A stretch of DNA of 64,000 nt from Eledone cirrhosa (GCA_964016885.1 OZ024755.1:43524001-43588000), one strand, 5' to 3'; positions 46,095 through 59,849 are shown, numbered from the stretch's first letter. A program made the numbers and translations. Notes: a model not told the origin generated them from the letters alone.

Positions 46095-47387
46095 GATGCC
46101 AAGGCAGATGTTCTGAAAGTACAGTAGTCAAAGTGAGAACCTGTTAGAAATAAATCAGGGAGCTATTACCAGAGGTGGCTACAAAGGGTTTTTCCTCAGA
46201 GTGAAAGGCAGATTGTATGACACTTGTGTGTGAATGGCAATGCTGCATGGAAGGGAGACTTGGGCATTGGGTGCAGATGACTTATAAAGATTGGAAAGAA
46301 ATGATGTGAGTATGCTGTAATGGATATGTACATGAACAACAAAAGATCAATGAGCTGAGAAAAACTGGGTATAAGAGGTTCAGATGTAGTGTGCAGTTGT
46401 GGATATGTAATGTACATGGAGCATGACAGCTGCATTAAAACATGCAGTGCTTGAATTCAATGGAAGCTCAGGAAGAGGAAGACCTAGGAGAACTTGGGAT
46501 GATGTGGTGAAAGCTAGCCTCATACAGCTGAACCTCAGGAAGAGGAAGACTTAGGAGAACTTGATGTGGTGTAGTCTGACCTCATACAGTTGAACCTCAG
46601 GAAGAGGAAGACTTAGGAGAACTTGATGTGGTGTAGTCTGACCTCATACAGTTGAACCTCAGGAAGAGGAAGACTTAGGAGAACTTGATGTGGTGTAGTC
46701 TGACCTCATACAGTTGAACCTCAGGAAGAGGAAGACTTAGGAGAACTTGATGTGGTGTAGTCTGACCTCATACAGCTGAACCTCAGGAAGAGGAAGACTT
46801 AGGAGAACTTGATGTGGTGTAGTCTGACCTCATACAGTTGAAGCTCACGAAAGAGTTCACCCGGAATCAAGTTAACTGGTGACATAACACACTGCATAAG
46901 CCTCACCTTCCCATACAAATGGAATGAGTCAAATATGAAGATGATAGATCCCATCTGCTCCCGACTTCCACAGTCCCCTGTCCAGTTTCCCCCACTTTAA
47001 TCCCCGAGGGGTGGAACAACATTTAGATCTCCCCTGCCAATTTACTCATGGGTTTGCTGATTTAAACCCCACCCCTCACTAAGTCATCAGCTTCGTCTCT
47101 TCCACATCCTTCTTCCTCACTTCTATGTCCAACCCATGCCAACATGGAATATCAAACCTAACAATTCCTCATCTTGCACTCATTTTTCCAATTCACCAGA
47201 AACAACACTCACCTGTTTGAAGGACAACCGCCATGACCTGACGTGATAACCCTTATACCCACCCACACTCTCCTGACAAGCAGCATATAGCCTGCACTCC
47301 TCTCATTTTACATCTCCCACTCCCATCAAAACCTCTCCAATGAGAACTATGGTGTTGCAATAAGTTAATGCGGGTCCCATAATATAA
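46095..47387 (+). pseudogene. Old RTE 3' remnant (C-terminal coding region and 3' UTR)
   Basis: Decayed CSESTVVKVRT, KGRLYDTCV, LHGRETWA, GRGRPRRTWDDVV. Confidence 0.7.
46468..46848 (+). repeat. 62-bp minisatellite, ~6 copies
   Basis: aacctcaggaagaggaagac at 46531, 46593, 46655, 46717, 46779. Confidence 0.92.
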
Positions 47388-50300
47388 TGTACCCAGTCCA
47401 CCGTGTAAAGTAGTAGTGCTGGTGCCATGTCAAAAGGTACCAGTCCTCCCTGTAAAGTAGTAGTGCTGGTGCCATGTCAAAAGGTAGCCAGTCTTCCCTG
47501 TAAAGTGGTAGTGCTGGTGCCATGTCAAAAGGTACCCAGTCCACCCTGTAAAGTAGTAGTGCTGGTGCCATGTCAAAAGGTACCCAGTCCACTCTGTAAA
47601 GTGGTAGTGCTGCTGCCATGTCAAAAGGTACCAGTCCACCTTGTAAAGTGGTAGTGCTGGTGCCATGTCAAAAGGTAGCCAGTCCTCCCTGTAAAGTAGT
47701 AGTGCTGGTGCCATGTCAAAAGGTAGCCAGTCCACCCTGTAAAGTAGTAGTGCTGGTGCCATGTCAAAAGGTAGCCAGTCCACCCTGTAAAGTAGTAGTG
47801 CTGGTGCCATGTCAAAAGGTACCAGTCCACCCTGTAAAGTAGTAGTGCTGGTGCCATGTCAAAAGGTACCCAGTCCACTCTGTAAAGTGGTAGTGCTGCT
47901 GCCATGTCAAAAGGTACCAGTCCACCTTGTAAAGTGGTAGTGCTGGTGCCATGTCAAAAGGTAGCCAGTCCTCCCTGTAAAGTAGTAGTGCTGGTGCCAT
48001 GTCAAAAGGTAGCCAGTCCACCCTGTAAAGTAGTAGTGCTGGTGCCATGTCAAAAGGTAGCCAGTCCACCCTGTAAAGTAGTAGTGCTGGTGCCATGTCA
48101 AAAGGTACCAGTCCACCCTGTAAAGTAGTAGTGCTGGTGCCATGTCAAAAGGTACCAGTCCCCCCTGTAAAGTGGTAGTGCTGGTGCCATGTCAAAAGGT
48201 AGCCAGTCCACCCTGTAAAGTAGTAGTGCTGGTGCCATGTCAAAAGGTACCAGTCCACCCTGTAAAGTGGTAGTGCTGGTGCCATGTCAAAAGGTACCAG
48301 TCCACCCTGTAAAGTAGTAGTGCTGGTGCCATGTCAAAAGGTACCAGTCCACCCTGTAAAGTAGTAGTGCTGGTGCCATGTCAAAAGGTACCAGTCCACC
48401 CTGTAAAGTAGTAGTGCTGGTGCCATGTCAAAAGGTACCAGTCCTCCCTGTAAAGTGGTAGTGCTGGTGCCATGCCAAAAGGTACCAGTCCACCCTGTAA
48501 AGTAGTAGTGCTGGTGCCATGTCAAAAGGTACCAGTCCACCCTGTAAAGTAGTAGTGCTGGTGCCATGTCAAAAGGTACCAGTCCACCCTGTAAAGTAGT
48601 AGTGCTGGTGCCATGTCAAAAGGTACCAGTCCTCCCTGTAAAGTGGTAGTGCTGGTGCCATGCCAAAAGGTAGCCAGTCCACCTTGTAAAGTAGTAGTGC
48701 TGGTGCCATGTCAAAAGGTACCAGTCCACCCTGTAAAGTAGTAGTGCTGGTGCCATGTCAAAAGGTAGCCAGTCCACCCTGTAAAGTAGTAGTGCTGGTG
48801 CCATGTCAAAAGGTAGCCAGTCCACCCTGTAAAGTAGTAGTGCTGGTGCCATGTCAAAAGATAGCCAGTCCACCCTGTAAAGTAGTAGTGCTGGTGCCAT
48901 GTCAAAAGGTAGCCAGTCCTCCCTGTAAAGTAGTAGTGCTGGTGCCATATCGAAAGGTAGCCAGTCCACCCTGTAAAGTAGTAGTACTGGTGCCATGTCA
49001 AAAGGTAGCCAGTCCACCCTGTAAAGTAGTAGTGCTGGTGCCATGTCAAAAGGTAGCCAGTCTTCCCTGTAAAGTGGTAGTGCTGGTGCCATGTCAAAAG
49101 GTACCCAGTCCACCCTGTAAAGTAGTAGTGCTGGTGCCATGTCAAAAGGTACCCAGTCCACTCTGTAAAGTGGTAGTGCTGCTGCCATGTCAAAAGGTAC
49201 CAGTCCACCTTGTAAAGTGGTAGTGCTGGTGCCATGTCAAAAGGTAGCCAGTCCTCCCTGTAAAGTAGTAGTGCTGGTGCCATGTCAAAAGGTAGCCAGT
49301 CCACCCTGTAAAGTAGTAGTGCTGGTGCCATGTCAAAAGGTAGCCAGTCCACCCTGTAAAGTAGTAGTGCTGGTGCCATGTCAAAAGGTAGCCAGTCCAC
49401 CCTGTAAAGTGGTAGTGCTGGTGCCATGTCAAAAGGTACCAGTCCACCCTGTAAAGTAGTAGTGCTGGTGCCATGTCAAAAGGTAGCCAGTCCACCCTGT
49501 AAAGTAGTAGTGCTGGTGCCATGTCAAAAGGTACCAGTCCACCCTGTAAAGTGGTAGTGCTGGTGCCATGTCAAAAGGTACCAGTCCACCCTGTAAAGTA
49601 GTAGTGCTGGTGCCATGTCAAAAGGTACCAGTCCTCCCTGTAAAGTGGTAGTGCTGGTGCCATGTCAAAAGGTAGCCAGTCCACCCTGTAAAGTAGTAGT
49701 GCTGGTGCCATGTCAAAAGGTAGCCAGTCCACCCTGTAAAGTAGTAGTGCTGGTGCCATGTCAAAAGGTAGCCAGTCCACCCTGTAAAGTGGTAGTGCTG
49801 GTGCCATGTCAAAAGGTACCAGTCCACTCTGTAAAGTAGTAGTGCTGGTGCCATGTCAAAAGGTAGCCAGTCCACCCTGTAAAGTAGTGCTGGTGCCATG
49901 TCAAAAGGTAGCCAGTCCACCCTGTAAAGTAGTAGTGCTGGTGCCATGTCAAAAGGTAGCCAGTCCTCCCTGTAAAGTAGTAGTGCTGGTGCCATGTCAA
50001 AAGGTAGCCAGTCTTCCCTGTAATGTGGTAGTGCTGGTGCCATGTCAAAAGGTACCCAAACCACCCTGTAAAGTAGTAGTGCTGGTGCCATGTCAAAAGG
50101 TAGCCAGTCCACCCTGTAAAGTGGTAGTGCTGGTGCCATGTCAAAAGGTAGCCAGTCTTCCCTGTAAAGTGGTAGTGCTGGTGCCATGTCAAAAGGTACC
50201 CAGTCCACCCTGTAAAGCAGTAGTGCTGGTGCCATGTCAAAAGGTACCCAGTCCACTCTGTAAAGTGGTAGTGCTGGTGCCATGTCAAAAGGTAGCCAGT

Positions 50301-53300
50301 CCTCCCTGTAAAGTAGTAGTGCTGGTGCCATGTCAAAAGGTAGCCAGTCCACCCTGTAAAGTAGTAGTGCTGGTGCCATGTCAAAAGGTAGCCAGTCCAC
50401 CCTGTAAAGTAGTAGTGCTGGTGCCATGTCAAAAGGTAGCCAGTCCACCCTGTAAAGTGGTAGTGCTGGTGCCATTGCAAAAGGTACCAGTCCACCCTGT
50501 AAAGTAGTAGTGCTGGTGCCATGTCAAAAGGTAGCCAGTCCACCCTGTAAAGTAGTAGTGCTGGTGCCATGTCAAAAGGTACCAGTCCACCCTGTAAAGT
50601 AGTAGTGCTGGTGCCATGTCAAAAGGTACCAGTCCTCCCTGTAAAGTGGTAGTGCTGGTGCCATGCCAAAAGGTACCAGTCCACCCTGTAAAGTAGTAGT
50701 GCTGGTGCCATGTCAAAAGGTACCAGTCCACCCTGTAAAGTAGTAGTGCTGGTGCCATGTCAAAAGGTACCAGTCCACCCTGTAAAGTAGTAGTGCTGGT
50801 GCCATGTCAAAAGGTACCAGTCCTCCCTGTAAAGTGGTAGTGCTGGTGCCATGCCAAAAGGTAGCCAGTCCACCTTGTAAAGTAGTAGTGCTGGTGCCAT
50901 GTCAAAAGGTACCAGTCCACCCTGTAAAGTAGTAGTGCTGGTGCCATGTCAAAAGGTAGCCAGTCCACCCTGTAAAGTAGTAGTGCTGGTGCCATGTCAA
51001 AAGGTAGCCAGTCCACCCTGTAAAGTAGTAGTGCTGGTGCCATGTCAAAAGATAGCCAGTCCACCCTGTAAAGTAGTAGTGCTGGTGCCATGTCAAAAGG
51101 TAGCCAGTCCTCCCTGTAAAGTAGTAGTGCTGGTGCCATGTCGAAAGGTAGCCAGTCCACCCTGTAAAGTAGTAGTACTGGTGCCATGTCAAAAGGTAGC
51201 CAGTCCACCCTGTAAAGTAGTAGTGCTGGTGCCATGTCAAAAGGTAGCCAGTCCACCCTGTAAAGTAGTAGTGCTGGTGCCATGTCAAAAGGTAGCCAGT
51301 CCACCCTGTAAAGTAGTGCTGGTGCCATGTCAAAAGGTAGCCAGTCTTCCCTGTAAAGTGGTAGTGCTGGTGCCATGTCAAAAGGTACCCAGTCCACCCT
51401 GTAAAGTAGTAGTGCTGGTGCCATGTCAAAAGGTACCCAGTCCACTCTGTAAAGTGGTAGTGCTGCTGCCATGTCAAAAGGTACCAGTCCACCTTGTAAA
51501 GTGGTAGTGCTGGTGCCATGTCAAAAGGTAGCCAGTCCTCCCTGTAAAGTAGTAGTGCTGGTGCCATGTCAAAAGGTAGCCAGTCCACCCTGTAAAGTAG
51601 TAGTGCTGGTGCCATGTCAAAAGGTAGCCAGTCCACCCTGTAAAGTAGTAGTGCTGGTGCCATGTCAAAAGGTAGCCAGTCCACCCTGTAAAGTGGTAGT
51701 GCTGGTGCCATGTCAAAAGGTACCAGTCCACCCTGTAAAGTAGTAGTGCTGGTGCCATGTCAAAAGGTAGCCAGTCCACCCTGTAAAGTAGTAGTGCTGG
51801 TGCCATGTCAAAAGGTACCAGTCCACCCTGTAAAGTGGTAGTGCTGGTGCCATGTCAAAAGGTACCAGTCCACCCTGTAAAGTAGTAGTGCTGGTGCCAT
51901 GTCAAAAGGTACCAGTCCTCCCTGTAAAGTGGTAGTGCTGGTGCCATGTCAAAAGGTAGCCAGTCCACCCTGTAAAGTAGTAGTGCTGGTGCCATGTCAA
52001 AAGGTAGCCAGTCCACCCTGTAAAGTAGTAGTGCTGGTGCCATGTCAAAAGGTAGCCAGTCCACCCTGTAAAGTGGTAGTGCTGGTGCCATGTCAAAAGG
52101 TACCAGTCCACCCTGTAAAGTAGTAGTGCTGGTGCCATGTCAAAAGGTAGCCAGTCCACCCTGTAAAGTAGTAGTGCTGGTGCCATGTCAAAAGGTAGCC
52201 AGTCCATCCTGTAAAGTAGTGCTGGTGCCATGTCAAAAGGTAGCCAGTCCACCCTGTAAAGTAGTAGTGCTGGTGCCATGTCAAAAGGTAGCCAGTCCTC
52301 CCTGTAAAGTAGTAGTGCTGGTGCCATGTCAAAAGGTAGCCAGTCTTCCCTGTAAAGTGGTAGTGCTGGTGCCATGTCAAAAGGTACCCAAACCACCCTG
52401 TAAAGTAGTAGTGCTGGTGCCATGTCAAAAGGTAGCCAGTCCACCCTGTAAAGTGGTAGTGCTGGTGCCATGTCAAAATGTAGCCAGTCTTCCCTGTAAA
52501 GTGGTAGTGCTGGTGCCATGTCAAAAGGTACCCAGTCCACCCTGTAAAGTAGTAGTGCTGGTGCCATGTCAAAAGGTACCCAGTCCACTCTGTAAAGTGG
52601 TAGTGCTGGTGCCATGTCAAAAGGTAGCCAGTCCTCCCTGTAAAGTAGTAGTGCTGGTGCCATGTCAAAAGGTAGCCAGTCCACCCTGTAAAGTAGTAGT
52701 GCTGGTGCCATGTCAAAAGGTAGCCAGTCCACCCTGTAAAGTAGTAGTGCTGGTGCCATGTCAAAAGGTAGCCAGTCCACCCTGTAAAGTGGTAGTGCTG
52801 GTGCCATTGCAAAAGGTACCAGTCCACCCTGTAAAGTAGTAGTGCTGGTGCCATGTCAAAAGGTAGCCAGTCCACCCTGTAAAGTAGTAGTGCTGGTGCC
52901 ATGTCAAAAGGTACCACTCCACCCTGTAAAGTGGTAGTGCTGGTGCCATGTCAAAAGTACCAGTCCACCCTGTAAAGTAGTAGTGCTGGTGCCATGTCAA
53001 AAGGAACCAGTCCTCCCTATAAAGTGGTAGTGCTGGTGCCATGTCAAAAGGTAGCCAGTCCACCCTGTAAAGTAGTAGTGCTGGTGCCATGTCAAAAGGT
53101 AGCCAGTCCACCCTGTAAAGTAGTAGTGCTGGTGCCATGTCAAAAGGTAGCCAGTCCACCCTGTAAAGTGGTAGTGCTGGTGCCATGTCAAAAGGTACCA
53201 GTCCACCCTGTAAAGTAGTAGTGCTGGTGCCATGTCAAAAGGTACCCAGTCCACTCTGTAAAGTGGTAGTGCTGGTGCCATGTCAAAAGGTAGCCAGTCC

Positions 53301-56300
53301 TCCCTGTAAAGTAGTAGTGCTGGTGCCATGTCAAAAGGTAGCCAGTCCACCCTGTAAAGTAGTAGTGCTGGTGCCATGTCAAAAGGTAGCCAGTCCACCC
53401 TGTAAAGTAGTAGTGCTGGTGCCATGTCAAAAGGTAGCCAGTCCACCCTGTAAAGTGGTAGTGCTGGTGCCATGTCAAAAGGTACCAGTCCACCCTGTAA
53501 AGTAGTAGTGCTGGTGCCATGTCAAAAGGTAGCCAGTCCACCCTGTAAAGTAGTAGTGCTGGTGCCATGTCAAAAGGTAGCCAGTCCTCCCTGTAAAGTA
53601 GTAGTGCTGGTGCCATGTCAAAAGGTACCAGTCCTCCCTGTAAAGTGGTAGTGCTGGTGCCATGTCAAAAGGTAGCCAGTCCACCCTGTAAAGTAGTAGT
53701 GCTGGTGCCATGTCAAAAGGTACCAGTCCACCCTGTAAAGTGGTAGTGCTGGTGCCATGTCAAAAGGTAGCCAGTCCACCCTGTAAAGTAGTAGTGCTGG
53801 TGCCATGTCAAAAGGTAGCCAGTCCACCCTGTAAAGTAGTAGTGCTGGTGCCATGTCAAAAGGTACCAGTCCTCCCTGTAAAGTGGTAGTGCTGGTGCCA
53901 TGTCAAAAGGTAGCCAGTCCACCCTGTAAAGTGGTAGTGCTGGTGCCATGTCAAAAGGTAGCCAGTCCACCCTGTAAAGTGGTAGTGCTGGTGCCATGTC
54001 AAAAGGTACCAGTCCACCCTGTAAAGTAGTGCTGGTGCCATGTCAAAAGGTAGCCAGTCCACCCTGTAAAGTAGTAGTGCTGCTGCCATGTCAAAAGGTA
54101 CCAGTCCACCTTGTAAAGTGGTAGTGCTGGTGCCATGTCAAAAGGTAGCCAGTCCACCCTGTAAAGTAGTAGTGCTGGTGCCATGTCAAAAGGTAGCCAG
54201 TCCTCCCTGTAAAGTAGTAGTGCTGGTGCCATGTCAAAAGGTACCAGTCCTCCCTGTAAAGTGGTAGTGCTGGTGCCATGTCAAAAGGTAGCCAGTCCAC
54301 CCTGTAAAGTAGTAGTGCTGGTGCCATGTCAAAAGGTACCAGTCCACCCTGTAAAGTGGTAGTGCTGGTGCCATGTCAAAAGGTAGCCAGTCCACCCTGT
54401 AAAGTAGTAGTGCTGGTGCCATGTCAAAAGGTAGCCAGTCCACCCTGTAAAGTAGTAGTGCTGGTGCCATGTCAAAAGGTACCAGTCCTCCCTGTAAAGT
54501 GGTAGTGCTGGTGCCATGTCAAAAGGTAGCCAGTCCACCCTGTAAAGTGGTAGTGCTGGTGCCATGTCAAAAGGTAGCCAGTCCACCCTGTAAAGTGGTA
54601 GTGCTGGTGCCATGTCAAAAGGTACCAGTCCACCCTGTAAAGTAGTGCTGGTGCCATGTCAAAAGGTAGCCAGTCCACCCTGTAAAGTAGTAGTGCTGCT
54701 GCCATGTCAAAAGGTACCAGTCCACCTTGTAAAGTGGTAGTGCTGGTGCCATGTCAAAAGGTAGCCAGTCCTCCCTGTAAAGTAGTAGTGCTGGTGCCAT
54801 GTCAAAAGGTACCAGTCCACCCTGTAAAGTAGTAGTGCTGGTGCCATGTCAAAAGGTAGCCAGTCCACCCTGTAAAGTAGTAGTGCTGGTGCCATGTCAA
54901 AAGGTAGCCAGTCCACCCTGTAAAGTAGTAGTGCTGGTGCCATGTCAAAAGGTAGCCAGTCCACCCTGTAAAGTGGTAGTGCTGGTGCCATTGGAAAAGG
55001 TACCAGTCCACCCTGTAAAGTAGTAGTGCTGGTGCCATGTCAAAAGGTAGCCAGTCCACCCTGTAAAGTAGTAGTGCTGGTGCCATGTCAAAAGGTACCA
55101 GTCCACCCTGTAAAGTGGTAGTGCTGGTGCCATGCCAAAAGGTACCAGTCCACTCTGTAAAGTGGTAGTGCTGGTGCCATGTCAAAAGGTAGCCAGTCCA
55201 CCCTGTAAAGTAGTAGTGCTGGTGCCATGTCAAAAGGTACCAGTCCACCCTGTAAAGTGGTAGTGCTGGTGCCATGTCAAAAGGTACCAGTCCACCCTGT
55301 AAAGTAGTAGTGCTGGTGCCATGTCAAAAGGTACCAGTCCACCCTGTAAAGTAGTAGTGCTGGTGCCATGTCAAAAGGTAGCCAGTCCACCCTGTAAAGT
55401 AGTAGTGCTGGTGCCATGTCAAAAGGTAGCCAGTCCACCCTGTAAAGTAGTGCTGGTGCCATGTCAAAAGGTAGCCAGTCCACCCTGTAAAGTAGTAGTG
55501 CTGGTGCCATGTCAAAAGGTAGCCAGTCCTCCCTGTAAAGTAGTAGTGCTGGTGCCATGTCAAAAGGTAGCCAGTCTTCCCTGTAAAGTGGTAGTGCTGG
55601 TGCCATGTCAAAAGGTACCCAGTCCACCCTGTAAAGTAGTAGTGCTGGTGCCATGTCAAAAGGTAGCCAGTCCACCCTGTAAAGTAGTAGTGCTGGTGCC
55701 ATGTCAAAAGGTAGCCAGTCCACCCTGTAAAGTGGTAGTGCTGGTGCCATTGGAAAAGGTACCAGTCCACCCTGTAAAGTAGTAGTGCTGGTGCCATGTC
55801 AAAAGGTACCAGTCCACCCTGTAAAGTGGTAGTGCTGGTGCCATGCCAAAAGGTACCAGTCCACTCTGTAAAGTGGTAGTGCTGGTGCCATGTCAAAAGG
55901 TAGCCAGTCCACCCTGTAAAGTAGTAGTGCTGGTGCCATGTCAAAAGGTACCAGTCCACCCTGTAAAGTGGTAGTGCTGGTGCCATGTCAAAAGGTACCA
56001 GTCCACCCTGTAAAGTAGTAGTGCTGGTGCCATGTCAAAAGGTACCAGTCCACCCTGTAAAGTAGTAGTGCTGGTGCCATGTCAAAAGGTAGCCAGTCCA
56101 CCCTGTAAAGTAGTAGTGCTGGTGCCATGTCAAAAGGTAGCCAGTCCACCCTGTAAAGTAGTGCTGGTGCCATGTCAAAAGGTAGCCAGTCCACCCTGTA
56201 AAGTAGTAGTGCTGGTGCCATGTCAAAAGGTAGCCAGTCCTCCCTGTAAAGTAGTAGTGCTGGTGCCATGTCAAAAGGTAGCCAGTCTTCCCTGTAAAGT

Positions 56301-56498
56301 GGTAGTGCTGGTGCCATGTCAAAAGGTACCCAGTCCACCCTGTAAAGTAGTAGTGCTGGTGCCATGTCAAAAGGTAGCCAGTCCACCCTGTAAAGTGGTA
56401 GTGCTGGTGCCATGTCAAAAGGTAGCCAGTCCACCCTGTAAAGTGGTAGTGCTGGTGCCATGTCAAAAGGTACCAGTCCACTCTGTAAAGTGCTAGTG
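47388..56498. repeat. 47/48-bp satellite array, ~9.1 kb (~190 units), with higher-order structure
   Basis: Unit ccagtccaccctgtaaagt(a/g)gtagtgctggtgccatgtcaaaaggta(g/c/-). Confidence 0.97.
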
Positions 56499-56649
56499 CC
56501 AGAGTCACAATAAAATGCTCCTAGTATATGCTGTAAAGTGGTTGGTCTTATAAAAGGCATCCAGCCATAGAAACTAAACCCCAAATGAAATAAACAAACA
56601 AGATGTGGTCACCTGACCATTCTAACTTCAGTTGGGGTGGGGTGTGAAA

Positions 56650-57101
56650 ACATGGCTCTGTGGGTAGATAGTTTAGCTCATGATTGTATGGTCATAAGTT
56701 TGATTCCCAGGAGTGCATTGTGTCCTTGAGCAAAACATTTCATTTCTCACTGCTCCAGTTCACTCAGGTTGAGTTGTACCTGTAATTCAAGAGAGAAAAT
56801 TGCAATAGTCTGTGTGTATCTAAAATATATATACATTCTTCTTCTTCTTCTTCTTCTTCTTCTTCTTCTTCTTCTTCTTCTTCTTCTTCTTTTTCTCCTC
56901 TTTCTTCTCCTCCTCCTCCTCCCCTCCCCTCCCTCTTACACAGTGAGAAATATACCTCCCACTGTAACATGGTTGACATTAAGGAGGACATCCAGCTATA
57001 GAAACCAATCCAAAGTAGAGGTCAGTATGAGAAAGACTTTATCTGAAACATCTCATAATTTCACAACCTGGAAAATGGACATTAAATGATGATGATGATG
57101 A
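56650..57101 (+). mobile_element. Degenerate SINE family B interrupted by (CTT)n
   Basis: gtgtccttgagcaaaacatttcatttc core; aggacatccagctatagaaac tail; (gat)n end. Confidence 0.6.
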
Positions 57102-57819
57102 TTTATCAATCTATTTTCATTTCCTAAATTACAGAAATTTTGTGATGATTTTCCATTTTTAAAGCCTCTCTTTCAACTTTAACCAATCCCTTTCCATGTT
57201 TTAAGATATTAGTTATTTTTTATTACAAGCTCATTAATTATTTCACTCTATTGACCTATTTCTTCTGTTCTTTTATATCAGTAATGGACTGATAAACATA
57301 AATACTCATGACTTATCTTGGTGGTTATCAAACACCAGTGGATGATCAAGAATAAATATGAGAAACCTTGAGAAAGACGAGAGAACTTTGTCTTTATTAT
57401 ATGCAAGATATAATAAAAAGCAGGTGTCATGTAAAGTTTACACAACAATTCTTAATAGTTTGTTAATGTATTTTATAACAAATCTACCATCTGGACATTG
57501 GCAAACTCCAACAGGTCCAGGGAGTCCATTTCCAAGCATTAGTTAAGATATACTACACAATAGTTCCAGGAACAAACCCTGAAAAGTAATCTGCATGGCA
57601 CTCACTTTCTCATTAACTGTGAAGACTCATGTATGTAAAACATTCATGACTCCAGTGCTTTCCATTTTAATTCTACAACTTACATGTAATGGATCCAGTT
57701 AATGTAAGCTTGCACCACTGAAAATAAACTAACGTTTCATAGACTGAAATCTGACAAACTACATCTCAATTATAAAAGTGAAATATTTACATCTTGTTCT
57801 CATTTTAGAAAATATCTAC

Positions 57820-58250
57820 TTGCCTCTGACTGCACCCCTGTACTTGGTTTGTACAGCCTCACAAGCCATTTATCTATCCTTAGTTTACTAAGCCTCCAAC
57901 TAGATTACAGAGTATGGAAACCTCTCAAAGGCCTTTTCCAGGTCAACAAATAAAGGGTCACATTCCAGGCCAAGTCCTTCTCTGAGAAAGATGACATCAA
58001 TAGTGCTTCTCCCTGACATAAAACCAAACTGTATTTCATCCAGATTAATTCCATCCCTAATCAACTTTGTAACCTTCATAACCTGATCTAACAATTTGAT
58101 GTTTCTGTGATCTCTAGTGCATCTCCTTTACTCTTGTAACAGTTGACAATGATGCTACTACACCAGCTATGACACCTTCTCACACTACCTGGCTTACTAT
58201 ACAAGTGATAAATCTGTGTTCTGCTACATTTTAATCATTTATCTACCATA
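57820..58250 (-). pseudogene. RTE RT remnant
   Basis: LDQVMKVT...LDEIQFGFMSGRSTIDVIF...FVDLEKAFER. Confidence 0.8.
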
Positions 58251-58388
58251 TTGTTGTAGCAGTTGACATAGGATGGAAGGGTTAGGGGTGATGTTGTTAA
58301 ACATATTTAGCTCCAAGCTGAGAAGTTAACTAATTTATTTACATATCATGTGATAAAGAGAAAAGTTTCTCTTATCTTGACTCTACAA

Positions 58389-58548
58389 CAGTGGTTTTCA
58401 ACCTTTTTTTGCAAACGCCTTGGAACACATGAAAAAATAGCGGCACACCTGAACTGTTTCATATATAATATTTTTGTTCTTAGTGTGCTGTCCAAAATTT
58501 CGCGGCACACATAGGAAGATCTCGTGGCACACTGGTTGAGAATCACTG
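58389..58548. mobile_element. hAT (Charlie-like) MITE, 160 bp, 8-bp TSD
   Basis: ctctacaa|cagtggttttcaacc ... ggttgagaatcactg|ctctacaa. Confidence 0.9.
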
Positions 58549-58944
58549 CTCTACAAAGATAAGCAAGGAAATATTTCTAATGACTTGTGAATGAATGATA
58601 AGGTCTTATCAAAGCTGTTAATATTTAGCTACTAGCTGGGCCCTTAACTATAATTAGTGTGCTGAAGAAGATAAAATAGTAGTCTTAGTATATGTATCAA
58701 TAGTCCATTTACATAAACAAGTGGTTGAGAAAACTGTTCACATATGCCAAGGACATCTTGCCAGGTAATGTTGGTGGCACCATTAAATACACACAGTATG
58801 TGATGACATGTCCAAACCTTGCAAGGAAAACAGATGTTAAATGATGACAATGATGATGATATATATTCCATGTCCAAACATTTACCCAGCATGCATCAGA
58901 TCTCTCTATCAAATGTAACAAGAGAACAATATCAAACAGAAGGG

Positions 58945-59375
58945 ACCACAGACACCCACAGACTCCCACATCCACAGACACCCCACACCCAGAGACTCCC
59001 ACAGACACCCCACACCCACAGACTCCCACAGACTCCTACAGACACCCACAGACACCTACAGACACCACACACACAGACACCCCACACCCACAGACTCTCA
59101 CAGACACCCACAAACATAGACTCCCACAGACACCCACAGACACACCACACATCCACAGACTCCCACAGACACCCCACAGACACCCACAAACATAGACTCC
59201 CACAGACACCCAGACACTCCACACCACAGACACCCCACACCTACAGACTCCCATAGACACCCACATACACACCACACCCACAGACACCCCACCCCCACAG
59301 ACGCCCCCACCCCCACAGACATCCACAGACACTCCACACCACAGACTCCCACAAACACCCCACACCCACAGACAC
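58945..59375. repeat. CA-rich degenerate minisatellite (cacagac-accc/tccc)
   Basis: Direct inspection. Confidence 0.85.
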
Positions 59376-59716
59376 TGTATATGTCCCCATCATTTATCAC
59401 TGACTATTAAGCAGCAATATAACCTAAGATCTCTGACATGGGATATAACTCAGTTTGATTTGTGTATGAAATTTTTCCAAGTATTGTTTAATATCATCTA
59501 TTTTCCAATGCTGGTATATTTTAGACAGGACTTCACTGACCAAATCAGTTATTAGAGCTACTATCCTCCCAGATGAGCAGGGGACTATGTTTCATTTACA
59601 TATCATCATCATCGTCATTGTTGTTTTAATGTTTGCTTTCCATATATATATATATATACACATTTTTTACAATTCCACCCCACCCGCCCCTTCAATCTAT
59701 CTAATTTCTCATTCTT

Positions 59717-59752
59717 TCTTCTGATGAAGGACTAGCGTCCGAAACGTTAAGG
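59717..59752 (+). ncRNA. Minimal type I hammerhead ribozyme (Penelope-type)
   Basis: tctt CTGATGA a-ggac-tagc-gtcc GAAA cg TT aagg; ACGT palindromic stem III. Confidence 0.75.
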
Positions 59753-59849
59753 CTCTCTTCCTGCTATTTCAAGCGTTAACCTAATATATTCCTTCCATAT
59801 ACTGTAGCGATTATTTTGTTATTTCTGTTTATCTTTTACATATATATAT

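Noticed and set aside
47388-56498. CRISPR-like regular array and many repetitive ORFs (MAPALLLYRVDW..., CKVVVLVPCQK...)
   Set aside because: No unique spacers, no cas genes, eukaryotic context; mixed 47/48-bp units shift frame constantly, so the ORFs are artefacts.
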